Shown one piece after another: positions 19,527-27,507 of a stretch of 64,000 bases of DNA; position 1 is the first letter of the stretch, and each line of letters opens with the position of its first letter. The notes beneath the pieces were generated by a model. That model searched no databases. It had not been told where the DNA came from and saw only the letters and a program-made list of their open reading frames with translations. The position numbers and the translations under genes are program-made. Origin of the DNA: Anaerohalosphaeraceae bacterium (lineage in GTDB: Bacteria; Planctomycetota; Phycisphaerae; Sedimentisphaerales; Anaerohalosphaeraceae); contig JBNRMN010000021.1 of assembly GCA_050309605.1 (NCBI GenBank), positions 32,001 to 96,000 of the forward strand, written 5' to 3'.

Positions 19527-21245
19527 TTACGCATCCATCACCAGCCCTTCGGCCTGCGTGACATGGGAGACTTCCTGCGGCGTCGTGACGCCGCGAAAGA
19601 CCTTAATTCGTCCGTCCTGCAACAGCGTCTTCATTCCGGAAGCGATGGCCGCTTTTCGCAGCTCGCCGGAAGGCGCACGGGCAAACGCCAACTCGCGAAG
19701 CTGATTGTTCATTTCGAGCATCTCAAAAATCGCGATTCGCCCCTTGTAACCGGTTCCCTGACAGCGGCTGCAACCGGCTCCCTTGTAAACCGGATTCTTG
19801 CGCAGTTCGTCCGGCGTGATATTCAGCAGACGCAGAAAATGCGGGTCGGGCGTTTGATCGATGGTTTTGCAGTTTTCGCAAATCACGCGCACGAGTCGCT
19901 GGGCCATGATGGCCTGGATCGAGCTGGCGACGAGAAACGGCTTGACACCCATATCAATCAAACGGGTGATCGCACTGGGGGCATCGTTGGTATGCAGGGT
20001 GCTGAACACCAAATGCCCGGTCAAGGCCGCTTGAATGGCAATATCGGCGACGACGCCGTCTCGAATTTCACCGATGAGAATGATGTTCGGGGCCTGACGC
20101 AGCATTGACCGCAGAATCGCCTCAAAGCTCAAGCCGATCTCGGTACGCACCTGGCACTGGTTGATGCCGGCAATGTTGTATTCGACCGGATCTTCGGCCG
20201 TGATGATCTTTTTATCCGGACGGTTTAATTCCTGTAAGGCTGAATAGAGTGTGGTGGTCTTACCGGAACCGGTCGGTCCGGTCACCAGGAAGATGCCGTT
20301 GGGACGTTTGATAATTTTAGTAAACCGCTGGTAGTCGTCCGACTCAAAACCAATCGCCTGAATACCGATATTGACCGAATCCGGCCGCAAGATACGCAGC
20401 ACTGTGCTTTCGCCGTGATAACCGGGCAGACAGGATACACGAAAGTCAATGTCCTGATTGTCGATGGTGCGTTTGATACGTCCGTCCTGGGGCAAGCGGC
20501 GCTCGCCGATGTCCATTCCGGACAGGATTTTGATACGCGCCAGGATCGGGGCCTGCATATTTTTGGGGATATTGTCGCGTTCGACACACACGCCGTCAAT
20601 ACGATACCGCACCCGTACCCTGTCGGCCATCGGCTCGATGTGAATATCACTGGCCCGCATTCGCACGGCCTCGTCGATAATCAAGTTCACAAGGCGAATA
20701 ATCGGGCCTTCTTCGTCGTCTTCTGTGGCCTGGGCACGTCGGACTTCGGCCTCAATCGTGTGCCCTGCTGCGGCCAGTTCCGCTGCCGTGGCGTCAATGC
20801 TGCTGCGAACGGCATCCATGCGACCGTTGATAAACGTGTCGATTTTCGTGGGGCTTGCAAGACAACATCGCAGCTCGGTATTCAGGCGAAACCGGAGCAA
20901 ATCCAATAAATCCAAATCCATCGGGTCTTTGATGGCGATTTTCAGCTCGCCATTGTCCTGTCCCAGAGGGACGACGCGATGTTTTTTGATCAGATCTTCA
21001 GGGATGAGTTTTGAGGCGTTGGCAGGGATTTCGACTTCGTCGAGATTAACATATTCCAGGTTGAACTGCTTGGCGAGGGCTTCAGTGATTTGATCCTCGG
21101 TGGCCAGTCCCATTTCAAGCAAGGTCTCCCCCAGCCGTTTGTTGGTTGTTTTGGACTTTTTGAGGGCACGAATCAGGTTATTTTTGTCCACAAATCCCTT
21201 ACGGTACAGGATTTCGCCCAAATGTCGTTGTTTTTTCTGCATCAA
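19527..21245 (-). CDS. pilB: Type IV pilus assembly ATPase PilB/GspE (copy 2, MshEN N-terminus)
   Basis: ASDIHIEP, ERRLPQDG, GPTGSGKTT, LRQAPN, GHLVFSTLHTN, CENC/CSRC. Confidence 0.9.
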   Translation of the reverse strand: MMQKKQRHLGEILYRKGFVDKNNLIRALKKSKTTNKRLGETLLEMGLATEDQITEALAKQFNLEYVNLDEVEIPANASKLIPEDLIKKHRVVPLGQDNGELKIAIKDPMDLDLLDLLRFRLNTELRCCLASPTKIDTFINGRMDAVRSSIDATAAELAAAGHTIEAEVRRAQATEDDEEGPIIRLVNLIIDEAVRMRASDIHIEPMADRVRVRYRIDGVCVERDNIPKNMQAPILARIKILSGMDIGERRLPQDGRIKRTIDNQDIDFRVSCLPGYHGESTVLRILRPDSVNIGIQAIGFESDDYQRFTKIIKRPNGIFLVTGPTGSGKTTTLYSALQELNRPDKKIITAEDPVEYNIAGINQCQVRTEIGLSFEAILRSMLRQAPNIILIGEIRDGVVADIAIQAALTGHLVFSTLHTNDAPSAITRLIDMGVKPFLVASSIQAIMAQRLVRVICENCKTIDQTPDPHFLRLLNITPDELRKNPVYKGAGCSRCQGTGYKGRIAIFEMLEMNNQLRELAFARAPSGELRKAAIASGMKTLLQDGRIKVFRGVTTPQEVSHVTQAEGLVMDA

Positions 21246-21292
21246 TCCCTACTTGGCAAAAAATAAAATATGCGTTGACTCTTAAGCAATTT

Positions 21293-21321
21293 ATTATACC
21301 ACGTTCGGTAATCGTCGTCAA
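21293..21321 (-). promoter_or_regulatory. Near-consensus sigma70 promoter of the pilus cluster
   Basis: Minus strand TTGACG (21321-21316), 17-bp spacer, TATAAT (21298-21293), with an extended -10 TG; the -35 overlaps the cinA stop codon. Confidence 0.72.
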
Positions 21322-22559
21322 ACAGTCAATTCAAGCCGCAGCAGATTTAGCGCAGTTTGCGCTGTTCGCAGTCGTACCGAGGCCCGACCGGCATTGGCAA
21401 AATGACAGCGGTGAACATGACAAATTCCCTTGTTCATTACACTTATATAGACAAGACCGACGGGTTTTTGTTCCGTACCCCCGCCGGGGCCGGCGATGCC
21501 GGTTATCCCGATTGCGCAATCGGCATGGGATTTTTGGATCGCCCCTTCGGCCATTGCCTGGGCTACCGGTTCGCTGACCGCGCCACATTCCTCAAGCAAT
21601 GCAGGCGGTACCCCCAATTGTTCTATTTTCGCCTGGTTACTATATGTAATCCACCCGAAATTAAAATATTCACTTGACCCGGGTACGTCGGTCAAAAGCT
21701 TGGCGACGAGTCCGCCTGTACAGGATTCCGCCACTGTTACTATCTTTTTTTGAGCACTCAAAAGTCGCCCAACAACCTCTTGAAGTGCGTCTTCGCCGGT
21801 TCCAAAGACCAGATTGCCCAACATTTTTTCCAGTTCGAGGCGCTCTTGTTCAAGCCGTCGTTCGGCCTCTTGCGATGTGTGGGCCTTGGCAATTACCTGA
21901 AGCGTTATAATGCCTTCGCTGACGGTGCAGTTGACCAGCGGATTGCGGCCTCGCCGCATTCGGTCACCCAGGATCTCGGCCACAGTCGATTCGCCAGCTC
22001 CATAACAACGGAGATTGATCGACCGCACGACCGGGCCGCCGAGTCGTCGTCGGATACGAGGCAGCACCGACAATTCAAACATGGCCTTCATCTCTGCCGG
22101 CACGCCCGGCATCAACGCAATCAGCGTTTGGTCTGTTTCATATAATACGCCCGGCGCGGTGCCGCGGGGATTGTCAATCGGCTCTGCACCTTGGGGGATA
22201 CAGGCCTGCACGCGGTTTCGTTGGGGCATTGTCAGGCCGCGCGATGTGAAAAAAGCCTCAATCTGTTCGCCCAGTTCGGGGTGATAGATCAACTCCACGC
22301 CCAGATAGGCCGCCAGCGCCTGGCGTGTCAGGTCGTCGTCGGTCGGGCCGAGTCCGCCGGTGACCACCACGACATCTGCCCGCTGTACGGCCAGACGCAG
22401 GGCCTGGACGATATCGGCCGTTTCGTCGGCGATACACTGAACCGAGGCCGTCTGCACCCCCGCCGCGAACAATCGCCCGCTCAGCCAGGCAGCATTGGTA
22501 TCCACCGTCCGCCCGCAGAGCAATTCATTTCCGATACTGAGTAAATAGGCTCGCGTCAT
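21318..22559 (-). CDS. cinA: Competence/damage-inducible protein CinA (MoCF-like + PncC domains)
   Basis: SIGNELL.G..VDTNA, TGGLGPTDDDLT, GTAPG, PGVPAEM, VAESCTGG, GAVS, TGIAGPGGG. Confidence 0.93.
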   Translation of the reverse strand: MTRAYLLSIGNELLCGRTVDTNAAWLSGRLFAAGVQTASVQCIADETADIVQALRLAVQRADVVVVTGGLGPTDDDLTRQALAAYLGVELIYHPELGEQIEAFFTSRGLTMPQRNRVQACIPQGAEPIDNPRGTAPGVLYETDQTLIALMPGVPAEMKAMFELSVLPRIRRRLGGPVVRSINLRCYGAGESTVAEILGDRMRRGRNPLVNCTVSEGIITLQVIAKAHTSQEAERRLEQERLELEKMLGNLVFGTGEDALQEVVGRLLSAQKKIVTVAESCTGGLVAKLLTDVPGSSEYFNFGWITYSNQAKIEQLGVPPALLEECGAVSEPVAQAMAEGAIQKSHADCAIGITGIAGPGGGTEQKPVGLVYISVMNKGICHVHRCHFANAGRASVRLRTAQTALNLLRLELTV

Positions 22560-22721
22560 CTTAATCTCAGTTCTACTCTATGTAACTGATGTATTTTAGA
22601 TAGACAAATACCTAATTTCACATTATCTCCACTTGGAAGCCGGTTCACCGACGTCGCCCTAAGGATTTTACCCGGAACAGGACTGTAATTCTATCCCGAA
22701 TCGATGAAAGTTGATGAGGAA

Positions 22722-22750
22722 TTGACAACGTCTGCATTTTGCGGCACAAT
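22722..22750 (+). promoter_or_regulatory. Sigma70-like promoter of lipA (probably gives a leaderless mRNA)
   Basis: TTGACA (22722-22727), 17-bp spacer, CACAAT (22745-22750); ATG 22758 follows after only 7 nt. Confidence 0.6.
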
Positions 22751-22757
22751 AGCCGCT

Positions 22758-23633
22758 ATGACAGATACCCCCCTACGACGACTGCCGCCGTGGCTGAAAC
22801 GGCGAATCGGATCGGGCCAGGTGTTTCAGCACACCCACCACACGCTCGATACATACGGGCTGGAGACGATCTGCACCCATGCGAATTGTCCTAATCGGGG
22901 CGACTGCTGGAGCCGTGGGACGGCGACGGTGCTTATCTTGGGCGATATTTGTACTCGAAATTGCAAGTTTTGTTCCGTCGGGCACGGAAAACCTCTGCCG
23001 CCGGATGCGACCGAGCCGGATCGCGTGGCTCAAATGGCCAAAGAAATGCGGTTAAAGTACCTGGTCATTACCAGTGTGGATCGGGACGATTTATCGGACG
23101 GCGGGGCCGGGCACTTTGGCGATGTCGTCAATCGGTGCCGCCACGTCCTGCCGGAGTTGAAATTTGAGCTGCTCGTGCCGGATTTTCGCGATTGCCAGGA
23201 CAAGGCGATTGAAATTCTGGCTTCGGCACGTCCGTTTGTGTTCGGGCACAATGTCGAGACGGTCCCATCGCTGTATGCCAAAGCCCGTCCGGGCGGCGAT
23301 TATGCGCGGTCGCTGGCGCTTTTGCGCAAGGCCAAGGCCGCCTGGCCCGACATTCAGACCAAATCCTCGCTGATGCTCGGCCTGGGCGAGACGGATGAGC
23401 AGGTTCTTGAGGTTTTGAAGGATTTGCGAAACGTTGGCTGCGACCGCGTGGCCATCGGTCAATACCTGCGGCCCAGCAAAACATCGCTGGAAGTGGTTGA
23501 CTATATCACGCCCGATAAATTCGACTGGTGGGTGCAGCAGGCCCGCAAACTGGGGTTTGGCTGGGTGATGAGCAGCCCATTTACACGCAGTTCCTACCAC
23601 GCAGAGGAGCAAACTGCCCAGCGGCGCAAGTGA
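22758..23633 (+). CDS. lipA: Lipoyl synthase
   Basis: CX4CX5C (CTHANCPNRGDC), radical SAM CX3CX2C (CTRNCKFC), TSVDRDDL, HNVETV, GQYLRP, RSSY. Confidence 0.96.
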   Translation: MTDTPLRRLPPWLKRRIGSGQVFQHTHHTLDTYGLETICTHANCPNRGDCWSRGTATVLILGDICTRNCKFCSVGHGKPLPPDATEPDRVAQMAKEMRLKYLVITSVDRDDLSDGGAGHFGDVVNRCRHVLPELKFELLVPDFRDCQDKAIEILASARPFVFGHNVETVPSLYAKARPGGDYARSLALLRKAKAAWPDIQTKSSLMLGLGETDEQVLEVLKDLRNVGCDRVAIGQYLRPSKTSLEVVDYITPDKFDWWVQQARKLGFGWVMSSPFTRSSYHAEEQTAQRRK

Positions 23634-23661
23634 GCCGGATGGCGTTACCCACACGGTCCCG

Positions 23662-23737
23662 CATCATCGGGCAGTTTGCGCTGCCGCGCTTTTGACGAAC
23701 ATCATCGGGCAGCTTGCGCTGCCGCGCTTTTGTCGAG
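23662..23737. repeat. Two tandem 38-bp REP-like palindromic repeats
   Basis: CATCATCGGGCAG(T/C)TTGCGCTGCCGCGCTTTTG(A/T)CGA(A/G) twice, period 38; same core as 13171-13199. Confidence 0.85.
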
Positions 23738-23761
23738 TTTTTTGCCCCCTCCCTTCGGGGA

Positions 23762-23783
23762 TATCTTATAGTTTACTAAGATA
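23762..23783. promoter_or_regulatory. Candidate operator, TATCTTA-N8-TAAGATA inverted repeat
   Basis: Perfect 7-bp arms ending 42 bp upstream of the orphan PilX start. Confidence 0.35.
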
Positions 23784-23825
23784 CAACAGTCTTTATTTGT
23801 ACACTGATATTATGGGGGTGTTATT

Positions 23826-25376
23826 ATGAGAACCTGTAAGGTAACCCAACGCAGGGGCGTGGCCCTGTTTGCGGCATTGATTTTTATCGCCGTTTTTATG
23901 GCAGCCTCGGCGGGGATGCTGGCGATGTCGTCGCAGAATACGCTGGCCGCAGCCAATCTGCAGGCCGGCAACCTGGCCCGTTCCACCGCTGAATCGGGAC
24001 TGGAAGTCGTGCGGTACTGGCTGAGCCAAACCGACGTTGAGGCCGATTCGCAGGAGGCGTTGTTTGCCCAATTGGCCGACACATTGAAAGCGTCGGTCGA
24101 AAACATCACCGACGAGAATTTCATTTGGGATAACGACGGAAATTTGACGGGCCTTGATATTCCCGGCGTTGCGTTGCAGAGCAATCAAAGCGGCGTCCTT
24201 CAATCGTTTGATGCCGAGATTCGTTATGATCAAGCAAATACGATCACAATGACCGTCACCGGGCGCACCGTCACCGGGAACAACAACATACTGCGCAGGC
24301 TTGAGGTGCAGTATAAAATGGACCCTGTGACCACCCAGAGCGAAACCGAACCCGAACTGCCTCCTTTGTCGCCTTTGTTCGGCTATGGCGTTGCCAGTAA
24401 AGGGCCTATTTCGATGACCGGCAACACGCTTGTGACCGGCTACAACCAAGCCTCGGAAGGATCGATTTTTGTTGAAGCGTTGAACAGCAGCCAGACGTTC
24501 TCCATCAACGGAAGCTGTACCATCTCCGGCAATGTCAGCATCGCCAACCCCAACCATACCACGGTTCAACTGGGCGGCAATCCCTGGATTGACGGCAGTG
24601 CGGTTCAGCCCTGGTGGCCCTTTAACCCCAACAATTTTACCGAACAGGAAATCAACGATCGCGGCGTGTATGTCAACACCACAGGCGTGGAGTTTCCCCG
24701 CCCCAATCCTCAGCAGTTTCGCCAGTACGCCACCGGCCCTGAAATCACCAGCTCGATGAGCGGCGTCTATACCCTGGACAATGCGGTCATCAAAGCCGGA
24801 ACCAATCCCACGTTTACCGGCGTTTATGAAATCCGCGGCGTTCTTTATATTGAACAGCCCAATACAGTCACATTTGGCGGAAGCTGTACGATCAGCGCGA
24901 TTATTGTGGCCGAGGGCGACCACGAAAACGCCGACCCCGCGAATAACAAAATCACGTGGAGCGGCCATGTGACCAATAACAATGTTCAGAATTTACCCGA
25001 TGAGGCCCAATTTGCACAAATCCGCCAGCTTCAGGGTATGTCTGTTTTGGCGCCCGGCTTTGAGCTGAATATCGGCGCGACTTACAATGCCTATGAACGG
25101 TTCCACGGATCAATCGTCGGCAACGGGATCAAATTCACCGGAGACCCAACACTGATCATCAACGGCACAGTGATCAATTACAGCGACGACCCTATGACGA
25201 TGGGGGGCAGCTCGAAATTATATTTTGACAACAAGGATATCGACTCCTGGCCCGTGGGGTTGCTGCCCGAAGGCTTTGACGATCTGGAAGGCCAAACGAT
25301 CGAAACCACGACCTATCGCATTCAGTATAACCCCGCGTCCTACAGGGAGATTCCCACCTGTCATCTGCAGCAGTAA
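23826..25376 (+). CDS. PilX N-terminal domain protein (orphan minor pilin with beta-rich C-terminus)
   Basis: RRG|VALFAALIFIAVF signal lacking E5; ARSTAESGLE PilX_N motif; G/T/N-rich beta-solenoid-like tail. Confidence 0.75.
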   Translation: MRTCKVTQRRGVALFAALIFIAVFMAASAGMLAMSSQNTLAAANLQAGNLARSTAESGLEVVRYWLSQTDVEADSQEALFAQLADTLKASVENITDENFIWDNDGNLTGLDIPGVALQSNQSGVLQSFDAEIRYDQANTITMTVTGRTVTGNNNILRRLEVQYKMDPVTTQSETEPELPPLSPLFGYGVASKGPISMTGNTLVTGYNQASEGSIFVEALNSSQTFSINGSCTISGNVSIANPNHTTVQLGGNPWIDGSAVQPWWPFNPNNFTEQEINDRGVYVNTTGVEFPRPNPQQFRQYATGPEITSSMSGVYTLDNAVIKAGTNPTFTGVYEIRGVLYIEQPNTVTFGGSCTISAIIVAEGDHENADPANNKITWSGHVTNNNVQNLPDEAQFAQIRQLQGMSVLAPGFELNIGATYNAYERFHGSIVGNGIKFTGDPTLIINGTVINYSDDPMTMGGSSKLYFDNKDIDSWPVGLLPEGFDDLEGQTIETTTYRIQYNPASYREIPTCHLQQ

Positions 25377-25395
25377 GTCGCCGAACGATTCTGCA

Positions 25396-25424
25396 TTGCA
25401 AACGGCGGGCTTTTCGGGTATGGT
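25396..25424 (+). promoter_or_regulatory. Candidate sigma70 promoter of the GT4-ABC-redox operon
   Basis: TTGCAA (25396-25401), 17-bp spacer, TATGGT (25419-25424), about 40 bp before ATG 25464. Confidence 0.4.
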
Positions 25425-25463
25425 GGCATCGCAAACACGGATGCCTTATCGGGAAAGACTGCC

Positions 25464-26780
25464 ATGCGAATCGTACAATTGACGCCGGGATCGGGTGATA
25501 ATTTTTATTGCGAAAACTGCCTGCGCGATTTGGCGCTGGTGCGGGCGATGCGTCGTTTGGGACACGAGGTGACCCTTGTGCCGATGTATTTGCCGCTTCA
25601 GATTCGCAACCCCGAACCATTACAGTCCGCCCCTATCTTCTTTGGGGGCATCAATGTCTATCTCCAGCAGAAACTCGGCCTGTTTCGCAAGGCCCCGATG
25701 TGGCTGGACCGCTGGCTGGACAGCCCGCTGCTGCTGCGGCCGATTGCAAAACTGTCTTCGATGACCCGGGCACGCGATCTGGGTGAAACCACCATTTCGA
25801 TGCTTGAGGGTGCAAACGGACGCCAGAGAAAAGAAATCGAGCGACTGTGCGACTGGCTGAGGAGTCTGCCGGATCAACCGGATATGATTTTGCTGTCCAA
25901 TGCGCTTTTGAGCGGACTGGCTCAGCCGCTTCGCGAAGCATTGGCTCGTCCTGTCGTCTGCCTGCTGCAGGACGAAGACGGCTTTTTGGACGGATTGGGG
26001 CATCCGTGGGCCGAGCGTGCCTGGCAGGTACTCCAACAAAATACCTCCGATATAGACCATTTTATCTCGGTCAGTCGCTACTTTGCGGATGTAATGGCCG
26101 AACGGATGGGGCTGGATTCGGAGACCCTCACAGTCATTCCGACGGGCATTGAGGTCAATGACTTTACCCCCGCGGCCGAACCGCCCGACAAGCCGACCAT
26201 TGGCTTTCTGGCTCGAATGTGCCACGACAATGGGCTGGATATCCTCGTCAATGCGCTGTTTATGCTGCGTCGGGATGAGCGGTTTGCGCAGGCTCGGCTG
26301 CTTGTAACCGGCGGCAGTCTTCGCAGCGACGCCGTTTTTCTGCGCAAAGTCAGACGCCGAATCGAGGCGCTGGATTTATCGGATTATGTCCTCTTCGAAC
26401 CGGACTACACCGGTACGGCACGAAAAAAATTCCTGAACCGTCTGTCGGTCATCAGCGTACCGGCACGTAAGCCGATGGCGTACGGTTTGTTTGCCATTGA
26501 GGCGATGGCCTGCGGCGTGCCGTTCATTGAGCCGGACGCGGGCGTATTTTCTGAACTGGCCCGCCATGGCGGAGGCGCTGTTTATGCTCAGAACAATCCG
26601 GTGCATTTGGCCGAGATGTTGAGGGATGTGCTCAGCGATCAGGCACGGTTTGCGCAATTGCGGCGCCGTGCCAGAGAAACGGCCGAAACGATCTTTGATA
26701 TTGACCATACCGCCGCTCAAATGGCGGCGTGTTTTCAGACGGTCATCGGTCAGGCGCATCACGCCGCGACAAATGAATAA
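25464..26780 (+). CDS. Glycosyltransferase family 4 (GT-B)
   Basis: MRIVQLTPG start, GHEV, IPTGI, IGFLAR, GLFAIEAMACGVP; N-terminal FYCENC. Confidence 0.85.
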   Translation: MRIVQLTPGSGDNFYCENCLRDLALVRAMRRLGHEVTLVPMYLPLQIRNPEPLQSAPIFFGGINVYLQQKLGLFRKAPMWLDRWLDSPLLLRPIAKLSSMTRARDLGETTISMLEGANGRQRKEIERLCDWLRSLPDQPDMILLSNALLSGLAQPLREALARPVVCLLQDEDGFLDGLGHPWAERAWQVLQQNTSDIDHFISVSRYFADVMAERMGLDSETLTVIPTGIEVNDFTPAAEPPDKPTIGFLARMCHDNGLDILVNALFMLRRDERFAQARLLVTGGSLRSDAVFLRKVRRRIEALDLSDYVLFEPDYTGTARKKFLNRLSVISVPARKPMAYGLFAIEAMACGVPFIEPDAGVFSELARHGGGAVYAQNNPVHLAEMLRDVLSDQARFAQLRRRARETAETIFDIDHTAAQMAACFQTVIGQAHHAATNE

Positions 26781-26798
26781 CGGGATAACGGGGACGAA

Positions 26799-27479
26799 AT
26801 GCTTGAATTAAATCATATCAGCAAACGTTACGCCAACGGCGGCGATGTCGTCGAGGTCTTGCGGGATGTTTCACTGCGGGTCGAGTCGGGACAAACGGTC
26901 TCGATCGTCGGGCCGTCCGGAAGCGGCAAGAGTACCCTGCTGAATCTGATCGGCGGACTGGATCGTCCCGATGACGGGACGATTGTTCTGGACGGCGAAA
27001 ATCTGGCCGGTCTTTCCGATGACGCGCTGGCGGCAGTACGCAACCGCAAAATCGGTTTTGTGTTTCAGCTTCATCATCTGCTGCCGCAATGCACGACGCT
27101 GGAGAATGTGCTGCTGCCGACACTGGCGACGCGCTGCAGTGCCGCGCAGCGCAGGACATTCGAGCAGCGCGCCGAGGCACTGCTCGAAAAAGTCGGCTTA
27201 ACGGACAAGCACCACAGTTTCCCCGGCCAGCTCAGCGGCGGCCAGCGCCAGCGCGTTGCGCTGATTCGGGCTTTGATCTGTCAGCCCCGGATTGTGTTGG
27301 CGGACGAGCCGACCGGTTCATTAGACGCCGAGGCCGCCGAGCAAATTGCTGAATTGCTTATCGCGCTGAATCAGACCGAAGGGACGACGCTGATTGTTGC
27401 CACTCACGCCCTGCCGCTGGCCGAGCGAATGGAACGGCGGCTTCGGCTGGATCGTAAGCAACTAAAAAAACTCGCTTAA
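26799..27479 (+). CDS. ABC transporter ATP-binding protein, LolD/MacB-like
   Basis: GPSGSGKST, IGFVFQ.HHLL, LSGGQRQR, LADEPTGSLD, ATH. Confidence 0.92.
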   Translation: MLELNHISKRYANGGDVVEVLRDVSLRVESGQTVSIVGPSGSGKSTLLNLIGGLDRPDDGTIVLDGENLAGLSDDALAAVRNRKIGFVFQLHHLLPQCTTLENVLLPTLATRCSAAQRRTFEQRAEALLEKVGLTDKHHSFPGQLSGGQRQRVALIRALICQPRIVLADEPTGSLDAEAAEQIAELLIALNQTEGTTLIVATHALPLAERMERRLRLDRKQLKKLA

Positions 27480-27507
27480 TTGGACTGTCACAATAATACG
27501 GAAATCC

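Noticed and set aside
23662..23737. Mini CRISPR array
   Set aside because: Two adjacent repeats with no unique spacer between them and no cas genes; better explained as a REP-like repeat
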